A DNA stretch of 64,000 nt from Chrysomallon squamiferum (lineage: Eukaryota; Animalia; Mollusca), in NCBI GenBank assembly GCA_012295275.1, contig CM022672.1, forward strand, positions 19,778,001 through 19,842,000. Reading direction: 5' to 3'. The notes under the pieces were generated by a model. It made no database searches. It worked only from the letters and a program-made list of their open reading frames with translations, and was not told the DNA's origin. Below, one piece after another: positions 14,124-28,282 of this stretch (positions are counted from its first letter, which is position 1; each line of letters begins with the position of its first letter). The position numbers were made by a program, and so were the translations under genes.

Positions 14124-17100
14124 TGACTGCAATTGGAGAAGTAGTAGAAAATTTTAAGTCACTATCGTTCATTCACATGATTTGTTTCTATACATATTTT
14201 AATCTCTATATTTATATTTCAAAAGTTTTTGCACTAATATTCCAAGACAGTTTTTTTTATCTTTTACATATGTGTCGTCTTTATTATTATACTACTTTTC
14301 ATCTTCATCATCTTTATTTTTTTAATTTTTAATTTATTTATTTATTTATTTTGTTGTTCTTACTGCCATTTTATGTTATATATTGTTATACTGTCCATTC
14401 AGCAAAACAAATAAACAAGAAATCCTGCTCAGAACATCTACCAGTGCCAGTAATGATATATACAACGCGCCATTTCTTGCCGCCAGTCATGGCGTGGTAT
14501 TTGATAAAGTATCAAAAACTAAAGTAGCGGTCTCCAATAAACATCGTGTTATGGTTGTCTGTGCGGTTGCAGGCCATTTCGTTTTGGACCGAAACACCTA
14601 TTTGTATACGCAATTTCTCTGAAACGTTTTTTTTACGACAACCGTAATTCCTTAATGTTAGCTTCTGCAAATGCACGTCTGTTTTTCTCTATCTGCTAGG
14701 AAACTTACTATTTCGAGAGTTTTCTTTAATTCATGACATCTCTAATAATATCGTTTATATTGTTCTAACCATCGGCTTTCTCGGCTGTCAAGCCTGCAGT
14801 CTTTCAGTCCGTCATCATGCAAGACGACTGCGATTCCGAAAGCCGTGTCATTAGCGAAGAAACCGAGATATTTTTAAAATGATTTAAAAAAAACCCCAGA
14901 ATATACTAGCTGTTCATCTTGAGTGTGATATTTAACAGTTTATCGCGGCGACTGCTGTGACAATTATTGAATTATTTATTTGATACTTTCCGTCTGCTGG
15001 CGGTTGTCAGACGATTTCGTGAACCGTTTTGTAATGTGCCCAAGTCTGCGTATTTGAATTTAAAATCAAACTATTTTCACGTGAGATTTAAGCACGTAAA
15101 GCTCTGGAACGCTATTTCTGCTTAAAACCATTTTTTTTTTAAAGTTTTCTTTTTCAATCTTTCTTTCTTTTTTATTCATTCATCCTTAAATTCTGTGTGT
15201 GTATGAGTATATATATATATATATTTATTTAAATCAAAATGATAAGCAATTTATGTTTAAACATGCATATATGTAGTACACGTTCAATTTAACACAATCT
15301 AAGCAATTACCACATTCCAGAATCAATCATTGATTACGAGTTTGATCAAATACGTCTCGGAATGTGTGATGTGTGTGTTGTCACAATGTTCATCTAAAGA
15401 GATCAATTAAGTGGTGATTTTTTTTTTTTTTTTTTTTGCGGTCTTTCTTTTTTTCAACCTGTCCTTTCAAAACTCGATGCAAGTTCATAACGTGTTTAAC
15501 TTATTCGCCATGCGTTCAAACATGAACGCGGTGATTGGCCATATTGAAACACGCTGTAGTGAAAGACTTGGTGTTCAAATTGAGACGAATAAACGTGAAG
15601 GACTCGAGACAAATGGTGTAAACCAGACTTCGCTCTGCCGGATCCCAGACTTTGTTTCCAGACGACAGAGATGTTCGCACTGTCTCGTTGTGACGGATAT
15701 CAGCGACGCTGTTAACGAATTGGTAAATCACTGATTGTTTAAACAACGACAGCAGCATCGTTTGGCCAATATCTCTGTGGATAGTTAACACATTTATCTC
15801 TTTTTATTTTTATTTTATTTTATTTTATTTTTTTGGAAAGGAAACAGTGATTTTTTGGTCAATGTTTTACGTGGGTGTTAGAGTTAGTGGGAGGAATTTA
15901 TTTTAATTTTTTTAAATCGTTATTCTTTTCTTTAATGAAACAGTTTACAAAGGAGAAAAATGTCTGCTGTAAAAACAAAAGAATAAAGTTTTAATCCAAT
16001 TATTTATATATATATATATACTTTTTCTTTTCTACGAAACAAAAATACTTTGTGAATATGTTAACGTGGATGTTAGTAAAAATGTAATTTTTAAATACAT
16101 TTATAAAGAGCATAGCGTAACTTAAGTTAGTCTACTTTGTACAGAATGAAAACGTTTCTAGACTGTTTTTATTAGTTTTACTTGAATTCTCTTCTGTTGC
16201 GGTAAAGCGATTCCAAACTATGAATGAACAAGAGAAACAGAATAGCCTCCTGATAGGTCAAAACATGAATCATTCATGGAGTCAGAGAACCAGGAACTTG
16301 GCAGGATATTCAAGCTGTATTTGTCTAAGAGTGTAGACTGGACTGAGGAAGATCACTGCTTAAGACATCGAAATGAACTAAACTAATTGCAGGGACACGC
16401 CTAGTTACAGCTCGGCGAATAGTAACTTGCGAGCTACGTCAAAAGATCAGTTCATTTGTTTCTGTCGAAATTTAAACTTTAATCAAAATCGGCTGCTGTA
16501 TTTACAGTTGCTGTATCTGCAGTAGGTTCTACACGGTGTGTCCATCATCATCACCCACTGTTATTTGCATGTAATAATATATATCTCACAATCGTGTCTG
16601 TATAAGCTAAATGTGTCTGTAAACACGATTATCTCTCAAACCTTTTAGTTCATCATTTGAAGCTTTTTTTCTGAAACTTTTTTTTTTTTGACTAACAGAA
16701 TCAAACGTGCGACTTAACAAATTAAAAAACAACAACAACAACAAAAAAAATCTTTGTTCTTTGCCCTCCAATCTTGTTCAGTTCGATTAACAATTATTAG
16801 GCCAATGGGCGTCCTCTGAAGACTTCATGTCTGACTTTTATAGTTCCTTATTACAGTTCTGGGTTTTTTGAAGACCCATTTTGATTTTGTTTGCTGTTGG
16901 TCGGACATCTTTGTGTTCAAACATCGAGCGTAAAGAATTGGTTTTTACTTTCAAAATTGGCCAGAAATTCAACCCGCAGTAACAATATTGACACTTCCGT
17001 TTATCTGATGGGAGTTAATCAACCGAGGATGCATTTCAAGTCATCCAGCTAACCTGACTGCCGCGGTGTGCTGTACGTCACCACCGAGGCGCCACCGGGT

Positions 17101-17194
17101 TAACGCATTACACTTAGTGCTTGAATATGATTTCTTCCATCAGTTGTTAAGTGATAAAATGAATCTGTGCTTTACGTATATAAATTAAAAATAT

Positions 17195-17236
<42 letters not shown>

Positions 17237-18196
17237 TATTATATATATATATACACAGACACATATATGATCATGTTTATGAAAACACAGATAAAAATCA
17301 TTCGATGGATGTTTACATACGAACTCATTCATAAAATCATTCGATGGATTCATACATACATTCATACATACATACATATATATATATGAATACATTATAT
17401 ACATACACACATACATTCATACATACATACATACATATATACATACATACATACATACATACATATGTACACTCCCACGTACACATACAAATAAATAAAA
17501 TAAATATAACATTCAGAATATAACAGGATATATTGTTATCAAACATTATTAACTTTCTTTCCATCTTTGTTGTTATTTTTAAACCTAAAATTCTACTTTC
17601 TATTTTTTATTTTTTTTTTTTTTTTTTTTATTTTCGTCCGAAATGCCCTCGAAGAAGATGCCTTTAGCAAATGAATACAAGATTTAGTTTCTTTAGAAAA
17701 AAAAACGAAAAGTTTAAAGGGGAATTAAGAAACGAAAAAAAAGAAAAGAAAAGAAAAAACAAATATAGAGAAAATGAGGCACAAAGGAAACAAAGTTAGA
17801 AAGGAAAAATCAGAAGGCAGATTAAATTGAAACGGCATTAAAAGGGTAAACTTAGATCCTCTAAAGTCAGAAGTTTATGAAGTGGCAAGTAAGAAAGATG
17901 AAAAATAAAGAACCAAGAAAGGAAAGTTTTAATTGAAAAAGGCGCTGCGGTCGTATTGGCTGACGCAGTAGAGGTGTTGGTTGACGCTGTGGTGTATTGA
18001 ATGAAAATGAAAATTGTCTGACGTCGAACACGTTCACGTTTTCGCTAAAGCAAACCCTCGGTGTTGTCTGTAGTCAGATTGAAAATTAAAAGAAAACATT
18101 CGCTTTGTTTTGGGGTTTTTTTTAAATTCTCAAAATTTCCGGGATATATGGCGGTTTTTATTATTACCATTATCATCTTTATTGTCATCATTGTCA

Positions 18197-18248
<52 letters not shown>

Positions 18249-18565
18249 TATTATTATTACTAATGTTAATTTACTTTTAATTTCTTTTAATTTCTTTTAC
18301 TTTCTTTTTTATTAATTTTATTTAAAGTTAATTTTCTTTATATAATAGAATTGTTTTGTTTTTTTCAGAAAATATTTTATTTAAATTCTTTAATTTAATT
18401 TCATTTCGTGTCATTTATTTCATTTAAATGTGTATATATTTGAAATGGTCATAAAACACGATTCTGATAATAATGTTTATGACGAACACAACAAAAAATT
18501 AGTCTATCAATCAATCAGTCAGTACGTACATACATACATACATATATACTACATACATACATACA

Positions 18566-18599
<34 letters not shown>

Positions 18600-19613
18600 C
18601 TACATACATACATACATACATACATACATACAAAAAAAAGCAAAACTCTTGTACGTTCGCTTTACTGCCTTTCAAAGTAAGGCAGGATTTGTAAGACTAT
18701 AAAATACGTGTTTAGTGTCTGTTAAAAACGAATCCAGACGCTATGAAATAGTTATAGGTCGATTTACACATAATCAGCTACAACGTGGTGTCTCAAGTAT
18801 CAAAGTGGACGTCTGTGAAGTATCGAGGGAGCCACAAAGGTTTACAGTTCATCACCACTTTACTTACAGAGGACAGAAAACATGGTAGACTGCACTTCGT
18901 GAAATATGCTAAAGAGCTAAACATATTATAATAACGTAAAACCGCCCACCAATCTGTGGAGCAACGTAGTAGTCAGGCCAACCTCAGTTAACTAACAGAA
19001 CATTTCCCTGGAAATGTTTTCAGCTTGAAATCGCGTAGAAAGGTGCAGTGGTAAACATCCTTTGATGTCTCAGTTAGTCTCATAATTCACTGAATTAATT
19101 CACGCTGTTTCGAAATGTGCGGTAACTTTAACATTAACTAGACACAAATCACGAAGGCAAAAATAAAGAAAAATTTACAAATCAGAATAGTCATCTGGAC
19201 GTCTGTTATAATATAAAAAATTATACTGATATATATACCTGATATATAAATGTTACTGATATATACCGTTAATATACCTGTCTGTTTATTTATACACAAG
19301 TAGACTGTTTTAAATGCTCTAATAAAACCTAGCAAAACACATCTGACTTTTTTACAACTACTATAAATCACACATATTCATACAATAACTCTAAAATAAT
19401 TATATCAGACCAGCTGGTCTGCAGTGGAATTTGCAAATAGGAACATAAAAACAAACTCACTGAAAGGTTTCTGCTGCAAAGTGCAGTATATATTTTATAT
19501 GCAATTAGTAATTTAATTAGACTGAATCTGAAAAAAGAACTCTGCATACTGTTCATGAAATATTAGGTAAGTCACATTTTAGTACTGTGTCTGTGTTTCT
19601 GTCTATCTGTCTG

Positions 19614-19617
<4 letters not shown>

Positions 19618-19694
<77 letters not shown>
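19618..19694. repeat. (CT)n microsatellite
   Basis: Direct reading. Confidence 0.95.
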
Positions 19695-19707
<13 letters not shown>

Positions 19708-19808
19708 TCCCTCGTTCTCTTTAGCTATGTATGTTTTTCTCTGTGTCTCTCGATTAGTTTATTTATTTGTACATATATATATTATTACTTATCTACATTT
19801 ATCTCAGG

Positions 19809-19839
<31 letters not shown>

Positions 19840-21511
19840 AAGCTTCCTAATATTTAATATATTATTAAGAATATAATAAAAGTAAAATTCTGTGTTTGTA
19901 ATGTACACGGTTTTGTTGTGTATATACTGTTTATCTTTGGGCACATCATATTTTACAAAAGAAAATAAACCTAACAAGTGTGCTAGAAACAGATACCACA
20001 CACACACACACACACAAAAAACAAGTTATAATTACACCATTATCAAAAACAGCCAAAAAATCATTATCTTTATAATCATTCTCTACAGAGGCCCATAAAA
20101 AAATCAATCACAAAATAAATTACGGTGAAATTGCTTCTGGCTTTTTCCTTTTCTTTCTTCTTTCTTTTTTTTTTTTTTTTTTGAACTTTAATAATAAGAA
20201 ATACAAATTTCTTTTTTAATTTTTTGAAAAACCCTCTTGTAAAATACTTTTCATAATTCCAGTTTTTCTCGATTTTCAGAAAAACTATAATTGTCCTAGA
20301 ATTAATTACGTGTCTTCAATCACTACTAGGTTCATCTGAAGACGTGCTAGAAATTATTGTCAGAACAACCGAACAAATTCAGGATTACAAAAACGTAGGA
20401 AGTGCTTGTATGGGAAAATTTAAAAAAAAAAAAAAAACGTTCTGAATTAGATGCAAAACTGTATGCAGCTATTAATATAATGTCTATCCAGATTGGAAAT
20501 TCGACTATAAAGCGACAGGCCGTGTAAGAAAGAGAAGAGGGTAACAAAAACCCCCCAAATTACCATCTAGAAAATCGACTTTCTTGCTATAACAATGGTA
20601 AAGATAAAAAAAAACTCATCTTTTCACGCTCATGTCTTGTACGAGTTGTCCAGAATGCCACTGACACGCAGATAGGGGGAGAAAAAATGTTAGATATTTA
20701 ATCATTCTTTTACCCCGAAAAATCTGTTTAGAATAATCACTCAAAATGAATATTTTCACGTCAGTATGAAGCACGGGGTAAGGTAGGGAATGCGGTTTAA
20801 TATTAATATTTTTTTTGTTGTTGTTGTTGTTTAAATATTGAAATGTAAATAACTATTTTAGCATCCATTTTATTGAAGGTGTTTTCTCCCTTATTTAATT
20901 CAATTTAATTCAAGATTATTAAATTTAAAAGATAATTTTTTTTTTTTTATTTGATTATTTACGACTGTTTATTGTTAAAAAAAATAGTTTAAAATTAAAT
21001 TGTGTTTTTGTTTATTTATTTTTATTTTTTATTTAACTAATGAAATATAAATCAGTGTAATGCATGTATATTGCTGGATTTTTTCTCCATTATTCAGTTT
21101 TTCGATTTAGTTTAACATTTCTAGTAGTATTGGGCCTATTATTTTTATTATTATTTTTTTTTAAATATTGTAACATAAACATATTTAGATATTATCGACA
21201 TCTCTTTGTGAATTTTTTATGTATTAAATTTATTTGATTTACTAATGTGTATGCTTGTGTATATATCAATATATGAATATCTGTGTTTGTGTGGTGTGTG
21301 TGTGTATATTGATTATATTTGAATATGTGTATTTGTTTCTTTGTGTGCTTGTTTATATTTGTGAGTACCTTTGTATGTTTGTACGTGTCTAATTTACACA
21401 AATATGCGATGTCACACTTTGACTAACATAATTACAGACCTTTCGTATGTTTAAAAATAATAATAATGAAATTTCGTTATTTAACTTAGAAAATAATCCT
21501 TATTAGATGAG

Positions 21512-21551
<40 letters not shown>

Positions 21552-22006
21552 GGAACCAGTTGAAAAATGAAATTTTGTTTATTGATTTGTACTCGTCTTG
21601 ACGTAAGTAATGTGTAATTTAAAACATGGAAGACTAAGCGTCTTGCTCTTACATTATCCCATAATTCAGTTTCAAAAATTCTTATTAAAATATCAGATGT
21701 TTATCTATTTCAAAAATTGATAACTTAATACTTGTATCATCATCATCATCATTAGCAGCAGCAGCAACAGCAACAACCATATTACAACAATAATTATCAT
21801 CATCATTATTATCAGCATAATAATAATGATGATGTTGGTGATAATGATGATGATAATAATAATAATAATAATAATAATAATTGTTATCATCATCATTATC
21901 ATTACCGTTGTCGTCATCATCATCATCATCACCATCATAACAGAGAACTTATTAGAAGAGCAATGGTAAAAATTATCTCTAATTAGTTACGCCTAACAAA
22001 CCAGTA

Positions 22007-22686
22007 CCGACTACAACGCTGCTGACTACAACTCCCCTGACTACAACGCAGCTGACTACAAAATGCTGACTACAACACCGCTGACTACAAAAGTGCTGAC
22101 TACAACATCGCTGACTACAAAATGCTGACTACAAAAGTGCACTACAACAATAGCTCACAAAATGCGCTGCTGAAACAACGCTGCTGAAACAACGCCACAA
22201 AAGTGACTACAACACACTACAACGCTGCCGACTACAACACTGCCGACTACAACGCTGCCGAAACAACGCTGCCGACTACAACCCTGAAACAACGCCACCG
22301 ACTACAACACTGCCGACTACAACACTACAACACTGCCGACTACAACGCTGCTGAAACAACGCTGCTGAAACAACGCCCGACTGACTACAACACTGCCGAC
22401 TACAACGCTGCCGACTACAACGCTGCCGACTACAACCCTGCCGACTACAACCCTGCCGACTACAACGCTGCCGACTACAACCCTGCCGACTACAACGCTG
22501 CTGACTACAACGCTGCCGAATACAACGCCACCGACTACAACGCAGCTGACTACAACGCTGCCGACTACAACGCTGCTGACTACAACACTGCTGACTACAA
22601 CGCTGCTGACTACAACGCTGCTGACTACAACGCCGCTGACTACAACACCGCTGACTAAAAAAGTGCTGACTACAAAAGTGCTGACC
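22007..22686. repeat. 15-bp minisatellite array (GACTACAACGCTGCC/T), irregular at the left and regular at the right
   Basis: Dozens of GACTACAA-containing units; this array produces the DYNAA repeat ORF at 22203-22658. Confidence 0.95.
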
Positions 22687-23978
22687 CTAAAATACTTAAC
22701 GTGAATTACTTTTAATTTTCAAGAATCGAATAATGGGAACAGGCAATCACATTTGTTTTCCCAGACACATGACATTTGAGAAACAGTAACAGTCCAAATA
22801 TATGGATTAGAATCACGTCAGACGTCTATGTAAACAAACTTGCTTCAGTGAAACTGTATTTGATAAATTACTTTTTATCTCTATTTAGTTTGTTATTTCT
22901 TACTTTACACACTTACTTTGTGTTTCAGACAAGTTTGATGGAATAACTCGTCAGTTGATAAATTTGTGTGCAAAGGCTTCATTTAAATCCCATACCATAT
23001 TTATTTGCTTTGGGCAGGAGTCTCATATTAAGTAGATCTACATGTCTGTCAGTGTGAGTGTATCTCTCCTTCCTGTATGTGTGTGTGTCTGTCTGTTTGT
23101 GTCTGTGTCTGTTTTATCACACGATAATTTTTATTTCCTTCCCATAAACGTAGCAATATTAATTTTTGAAAATATTTCCATAAAATTTTAATAATATTGT
23201 TGAAACATCTCTAATTATAACAACAGCAAAAAAAAAAAAAAAAAAATATTTAATTATTTAGTTAGTTATTTGTTTGTTTGTTTGTTTGTTTGTTTGGTTG
23301 GTTGGTTGGTTATTTTATTTATTTATTTATTTATTTACTTACTTACTTGTTTGTTTGTTTGTTTTTTTATTGTTTATTATATATTCTTTTATTTTTTTTA
23401 TTTTTTTTGTCTTTATTATTTATTTTTGATTGATTTGTTTATTTGTTTATTCATTCATTCATTCATTTTTTTGGCTTAGCTTTTTTTTTCTTCTTCTTCT
23501 TGATGCTATTACCAGCTACTCTGAAAAAGGTTACTTATAAATATTCAAAAACAAACTCTATGATTAGATCATATTTGTTACTAAAATTGTTATAAGGCTG
23601 ACATTAAAGATAGCAATTCAGAAACGAGAACAAATCAAAGAAAGAAAAAAAAAAAGGTGATGAAAAATAAATCAAATAATAAAAATTGACTTTCCGCCAA
23701 GGTGCATGTCGTAAAACATCGTTACGACGACGGCAGCCACAGAGTCGCACATTTTTCTATTTGCACAAACCGTAAGAAATCGCATTTTCTGGTCACGAAA
23801 GTCGTGAATGAAGCCATCGTGGTGATGGAGCTCACTGGAGGTGGACGAGAGAAAAAAAAAAATAATTTAATCTGAGACACGGGAACAGAGAAATACGAAT
23901 ATGATTAATTCGAGATTTGTTCGACTCGTGTGTCCAGTCAGTTAAAAGAAAAGAGAAAATTTCACAACCGCGGGTTTT

Positions 23979-24019
<41 letters not shown>

Positions 24020-25067
24020 GTCTTAGCTTTATTTCCCTGATGTGTTATTGGAAATGAAAAGTGAAATTAAAACTCCCTAACATTGTCAGTTGTATTTAGC
24101 TTTGTTTCTTGCTTTTTTTAAAATTTTCTTTTTTTTTTTTTTTTGGTTTTTTTAATTAGTTTTCCTTCTTATTATTCCTTATTATATTCCTTTTTTTCAC
24201 ATTTGTCTTCATTATCTTCTCGAGTGTGTATGTGTGCATGTATATGTGTGTGTGTGTTGTATGTATGTGTTGTGTGTCTATGTGTGTGTGTCTGTCTCAT
24301 TCTCGTTCTAACCACAAATTCCACACACAATCATTTATTTTAAGGGAGAGAAACAAATGGTTTAACAAAATAAATATTAAAATGTTATGGAAACAGCTAC
24401 TGGATTGTTTTTCTTCTTTCACGTTCATTAACATGAATAATTATCACATGCAGTATATACAGCCAATGTTAAAAAAAAAAAAAAAAATTATGAAATATTT
24501 TTAAAGCTTTTTTTAAAAATTAATGAGTAATACATTCCAACTCAAAAACGAGTCATGAATGCTCTTGCAAATTTCCGAACACAGGCTAGAGAATTAGCAT
24601 TTTAATGACAAAAACTGAATTATAAAATTGTAAAAAGTTCTTAAAATCTGGGACGATATACGATGAATTGTATTTATATACATGCCCAGTGATGCTGCTC
24701 ATTGGATGCAGTGAGGAGTGATGTTGCGACCTAACACGAGTCATGCCAGCTCTGTACCCAGAGCGTTGACGGTGTAAGTACAAATGGCATTATTATTTAA
24801 TAAACAAGTTCATCTCGTGCTTTTTCTTCTAGTTCAGTACGATCGTATTCGCTTCGTGTACTTCATAACCTGTCAGCTTCTTTTGACGTGCACCAATTAC
24901 TGCTTACATGATACTCTTGTAATAGAAGTTACACACACAACAGATCCATAACAGGCCATCACTGAACTATGGATGTACGAGAAAAAGAAAGCATAATTGA
25001 AAATAAATGATTATTTGTCTGAATGATGGTTTCCTTTTGTTTACAGTGTTGCGTTGAACGCAACTTG

Positions 25068-25114
<47 letters not shown>

Positions 25115-25706
25115 TTAATTATTTTACTGTTGTAATTTGTACGCTGCTGAGATTGTCTGAAAAGGGACAGATTAGGTTGTGCTTACAGTACGAAATAATG
25201 ATCTGCGCATTGCCTTCATATCCTCGAACACATGACAGCTACTGAATTGTGTTCTTGTCGGAAAATGTCGAGTTTGGATCCGAAATAGAAAACCGTGCCG
25301 CGGTAATTCAAACTCGGCGAAGATAGATTGGAAGTTTTGTAAAAGTTGTCGTGTCTGTTGTAACCACAGAAGTAACGTGTACTCCGTGACTTGGCTTTTC
25401 AAACACCAAACTATTTACTTTATTGTCGTCTTGCCAGCAATGTCGATTTTAGGATAAGAAAAAGGAAAACTGTAGAGTGAATGGATTTGAATGGAGCTAA
25501 AATAGATGGATCAATGATACGTTGATTTATAATATGAACGACTGGTACTAAATCATTTATCAGGCTGATTGTCTAGTTTGTGTTTGTTTGTTCATTATTG
25601 TTGTTTTTACACTTCTTTTTTTTTTTTTTTTTTTTTTTCTCGTTTTCTGAAAACAATTTTACATTTAAAGATCAGATTATAATTATTTGGTGGTTAATAA
25701 TAATAA

Positions 25707-25737
<31 letters not shown>

Positions 25738-26529
25738 AAAAGATTGGAAAGGAACGAATTACAGAGAGATTAAAAAAAAAAAAAAAAATCATAGAACCCA
25801 ACCTAAGAAAGTAAAATTTATGATATACTTATTTCGGGATTATTTTTTATTTAACTTCCCCTTGATGGTAGTAAAACTTTAACTTGTAGTTATTTCGCTA
25901 CTGTTATTGATTTCACTTCCCTTTGGTCATTAGCCTCTTACTATATTCGTTTTTTATTCTAAATTAAACAAAATTCCTTTACCAATAACCTCAAACAACA
26001 AATCTTTAAGATTATGCCATTTTAATGCGTGGAAATTCACCTCAACGCTCTGTAGTTTTATTCCGCAGGTTTCTGTTAAAGGAATTCGCATCTGGAATGT
26101 GTTTTGCTGCACAGTTTGTGTAGAATTATTGCACCCATCCTCTGATTTTTATTGCTTTCTGGCAGTGCTGGATGGAAGACACACGGAAACAAGACATTAG
26201 TGTAAAGTAATCTTAACACAACGCATCACGCAGGCCGTTTGTCTAAACGTAATGTCTGTAGAAGCGGAAAGACGCCTGTGAACATTCAAATGAGACGTAC
26301 AGATAGTTACACTCGTCTTTCTGCGATTTAGAGTGTCTTACAGAATAAACAAATTATCATTTTATTGCTGTTATAATATTAATTCGTATACGAAAAAGAA
26401 CTGAAATGACTAATATAAAATGATACTGGATCGACTGTTACAAAGAAAGGCATATGCGTATACATGTACATATTTTAGAATTTGAATATTCTCTGTTAAA
26501 TGTATGTTTAATTAGTCTTTGCACGTAGG

Positions 26530-26640
26530 CAAAATTCAGGAACGCATGAGGACAAAGTCCAATCACGACCTCACAAAACACGTCAGATGCCGCTGACGTC
26601 ACTCGAACGTATGGCACCCATTCACCCGCACACCGAATGT
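26530..26640. mobile_element. Short dispersed repeat, copy A (SINE-like)
   Basis: The core AGGACAAAGTCCAATCACGACCTCACAAA is shared with ~43849-43877 (1 mismatch) and more loosely with ~34090-34155. It contains ACTCGAAC, which is GTTCGAGT (B-box-like) on the minus strand. Confidence 0.6.
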
Positions 26641-27247
26641 ATATATGCATGAATGTATGTTTTGTAGGTATGTACGTATGCACGTATGTATCCATGTATG
26701 CATGTATGCATGTATGCATGGATGCATATATATGTATTATTCCGCAAATATGAGTGTGCTTTTCCTTATTTCTCTATAGCTACACTTATTTACACAAGGA
26801 GTTTTGTGCGCAAATCAGACTTAAACGGATTCTACCATTTTATCATATCCTTATTTGTATAAATCATGATCACATATTTAAAATGCTCACTGATAAAGTA
26901 TGGAACAAAAAAAAAAAAAAAGTCGTAAAATATGGTAAAAGAAAGAAAGAGACAGCAAAGAAAAACCCGATCTACGAGGCGTAAAAACAACGCTATAAAC
27001 TTTAGTTGGTATGTCGAGTTAGCTTAATGTAGCAATACACCAAAACTGGTCGTTCCAACACTGTTCCGACAGTTGCAGATGTTTTATTTCTAAGTAATTA
27101 GATAATACGTCAGCTTGGACAGACAGGATATGAGTGTTTGTGTTATTCGTTATAAAACGAATTTAGCTTTCTTTTTGTATTCACTGACAGTCTACGTAAT
27201 ATATAGACGTTTTTTTTTGTTGTTTTTTTTTTATTTAGGTTTTCTTT

Positions 27248-27249
<2 letters not shown>

Positions 27250-27318
<69 letters not shown>
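27250..27318. repeat. Poly(T) homopolymer of about 70 nt
   Basis: Direct reading. Confidence 0.9.
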
Positions 27319-27321
<3 letters not shown>

Positions 27322-28242
27322 GAAAAGAGAATTGTAGAAAGAAACAGCAGGCTGAATTTTTCAAGTTATAAATTATTTCCTTTAGAGATTAATTAGCGAC
27401 AGACATTTAATTATCAGGATATACTAACTATGACTTTAAATATGATGTATATTGTACTGTCAATACAAAGTTAATTATTATTTTGTTTTCAGTAGTTTAG
27501 ACTTGGACATTGAAAATGTTTTTTCATTTGTTTGTTGTTGTTTTTTTTTTCTTTCTTTCTTCTAAACAATTTGTCTGTTACATTTTAAATATGTTTCAGT
27601 ATATACATCTGCATACTATACAATTAAGTTCAATTCATCATGGTCTAAAGATAACAACAACAACAACAATAACAACAACGGCAACGGCATAAATAAAACT
27701 CTAGCACCGAAAATGTCCGTCTCCACTTAAAGAAAACGTAAATAAAGCATCTGAATCAATTTCCGAATCCAAATCCATTCTCAGACAGGATTCAGAAAAT
27801 GTGTGCTTGAACCCTGTTTAGCTGTAACGAGAAAATGACGTCAGCAGTTAAACACACTTCTCAGCTCGGTGCTTCTAAGTAAAATTATTGGGAGTATGAC
27901 AAGGAGGCACTTTGCCTGTCGTCCTATTTGTCTACCGTCCATGTATTTTGTGAATTAAGCAAAGTAACATTCAGTAGTTAAAAACATCCAGCTGGAAATT
28001 TCTAAGAATGATGTTGATTTCTGAGTTAACACAGGAAACCTCTGCTGAAGGACGTTATGGGACTTCTTTTCATGAAACGTGATTTTAAAAAAAATAAAAA
28101 ATAAAATAAAATAAAAATAGAAAACTCAAAAAAAAAAAAAAAAAAAAAAAAGAAAGGGACAAAAAGAAAAATTGCTTTAGTTGTGACACTAAAAACTGAA
28201 AATATGTGTTTGTTTTGGGGTGTTTGTGTTTGTGTGTTTGTT

Positions 28243-28282
<40 letters not shown>

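Noticed and set aside
22203-22658. (DYNAA)n ORF as a neuropeptide precursor or structural protein
   Set aside because: It has a GTG start, no signal peptide or KR/RR cleavage sites, and frame-breaking units in the same array. It is not called as a CDS.
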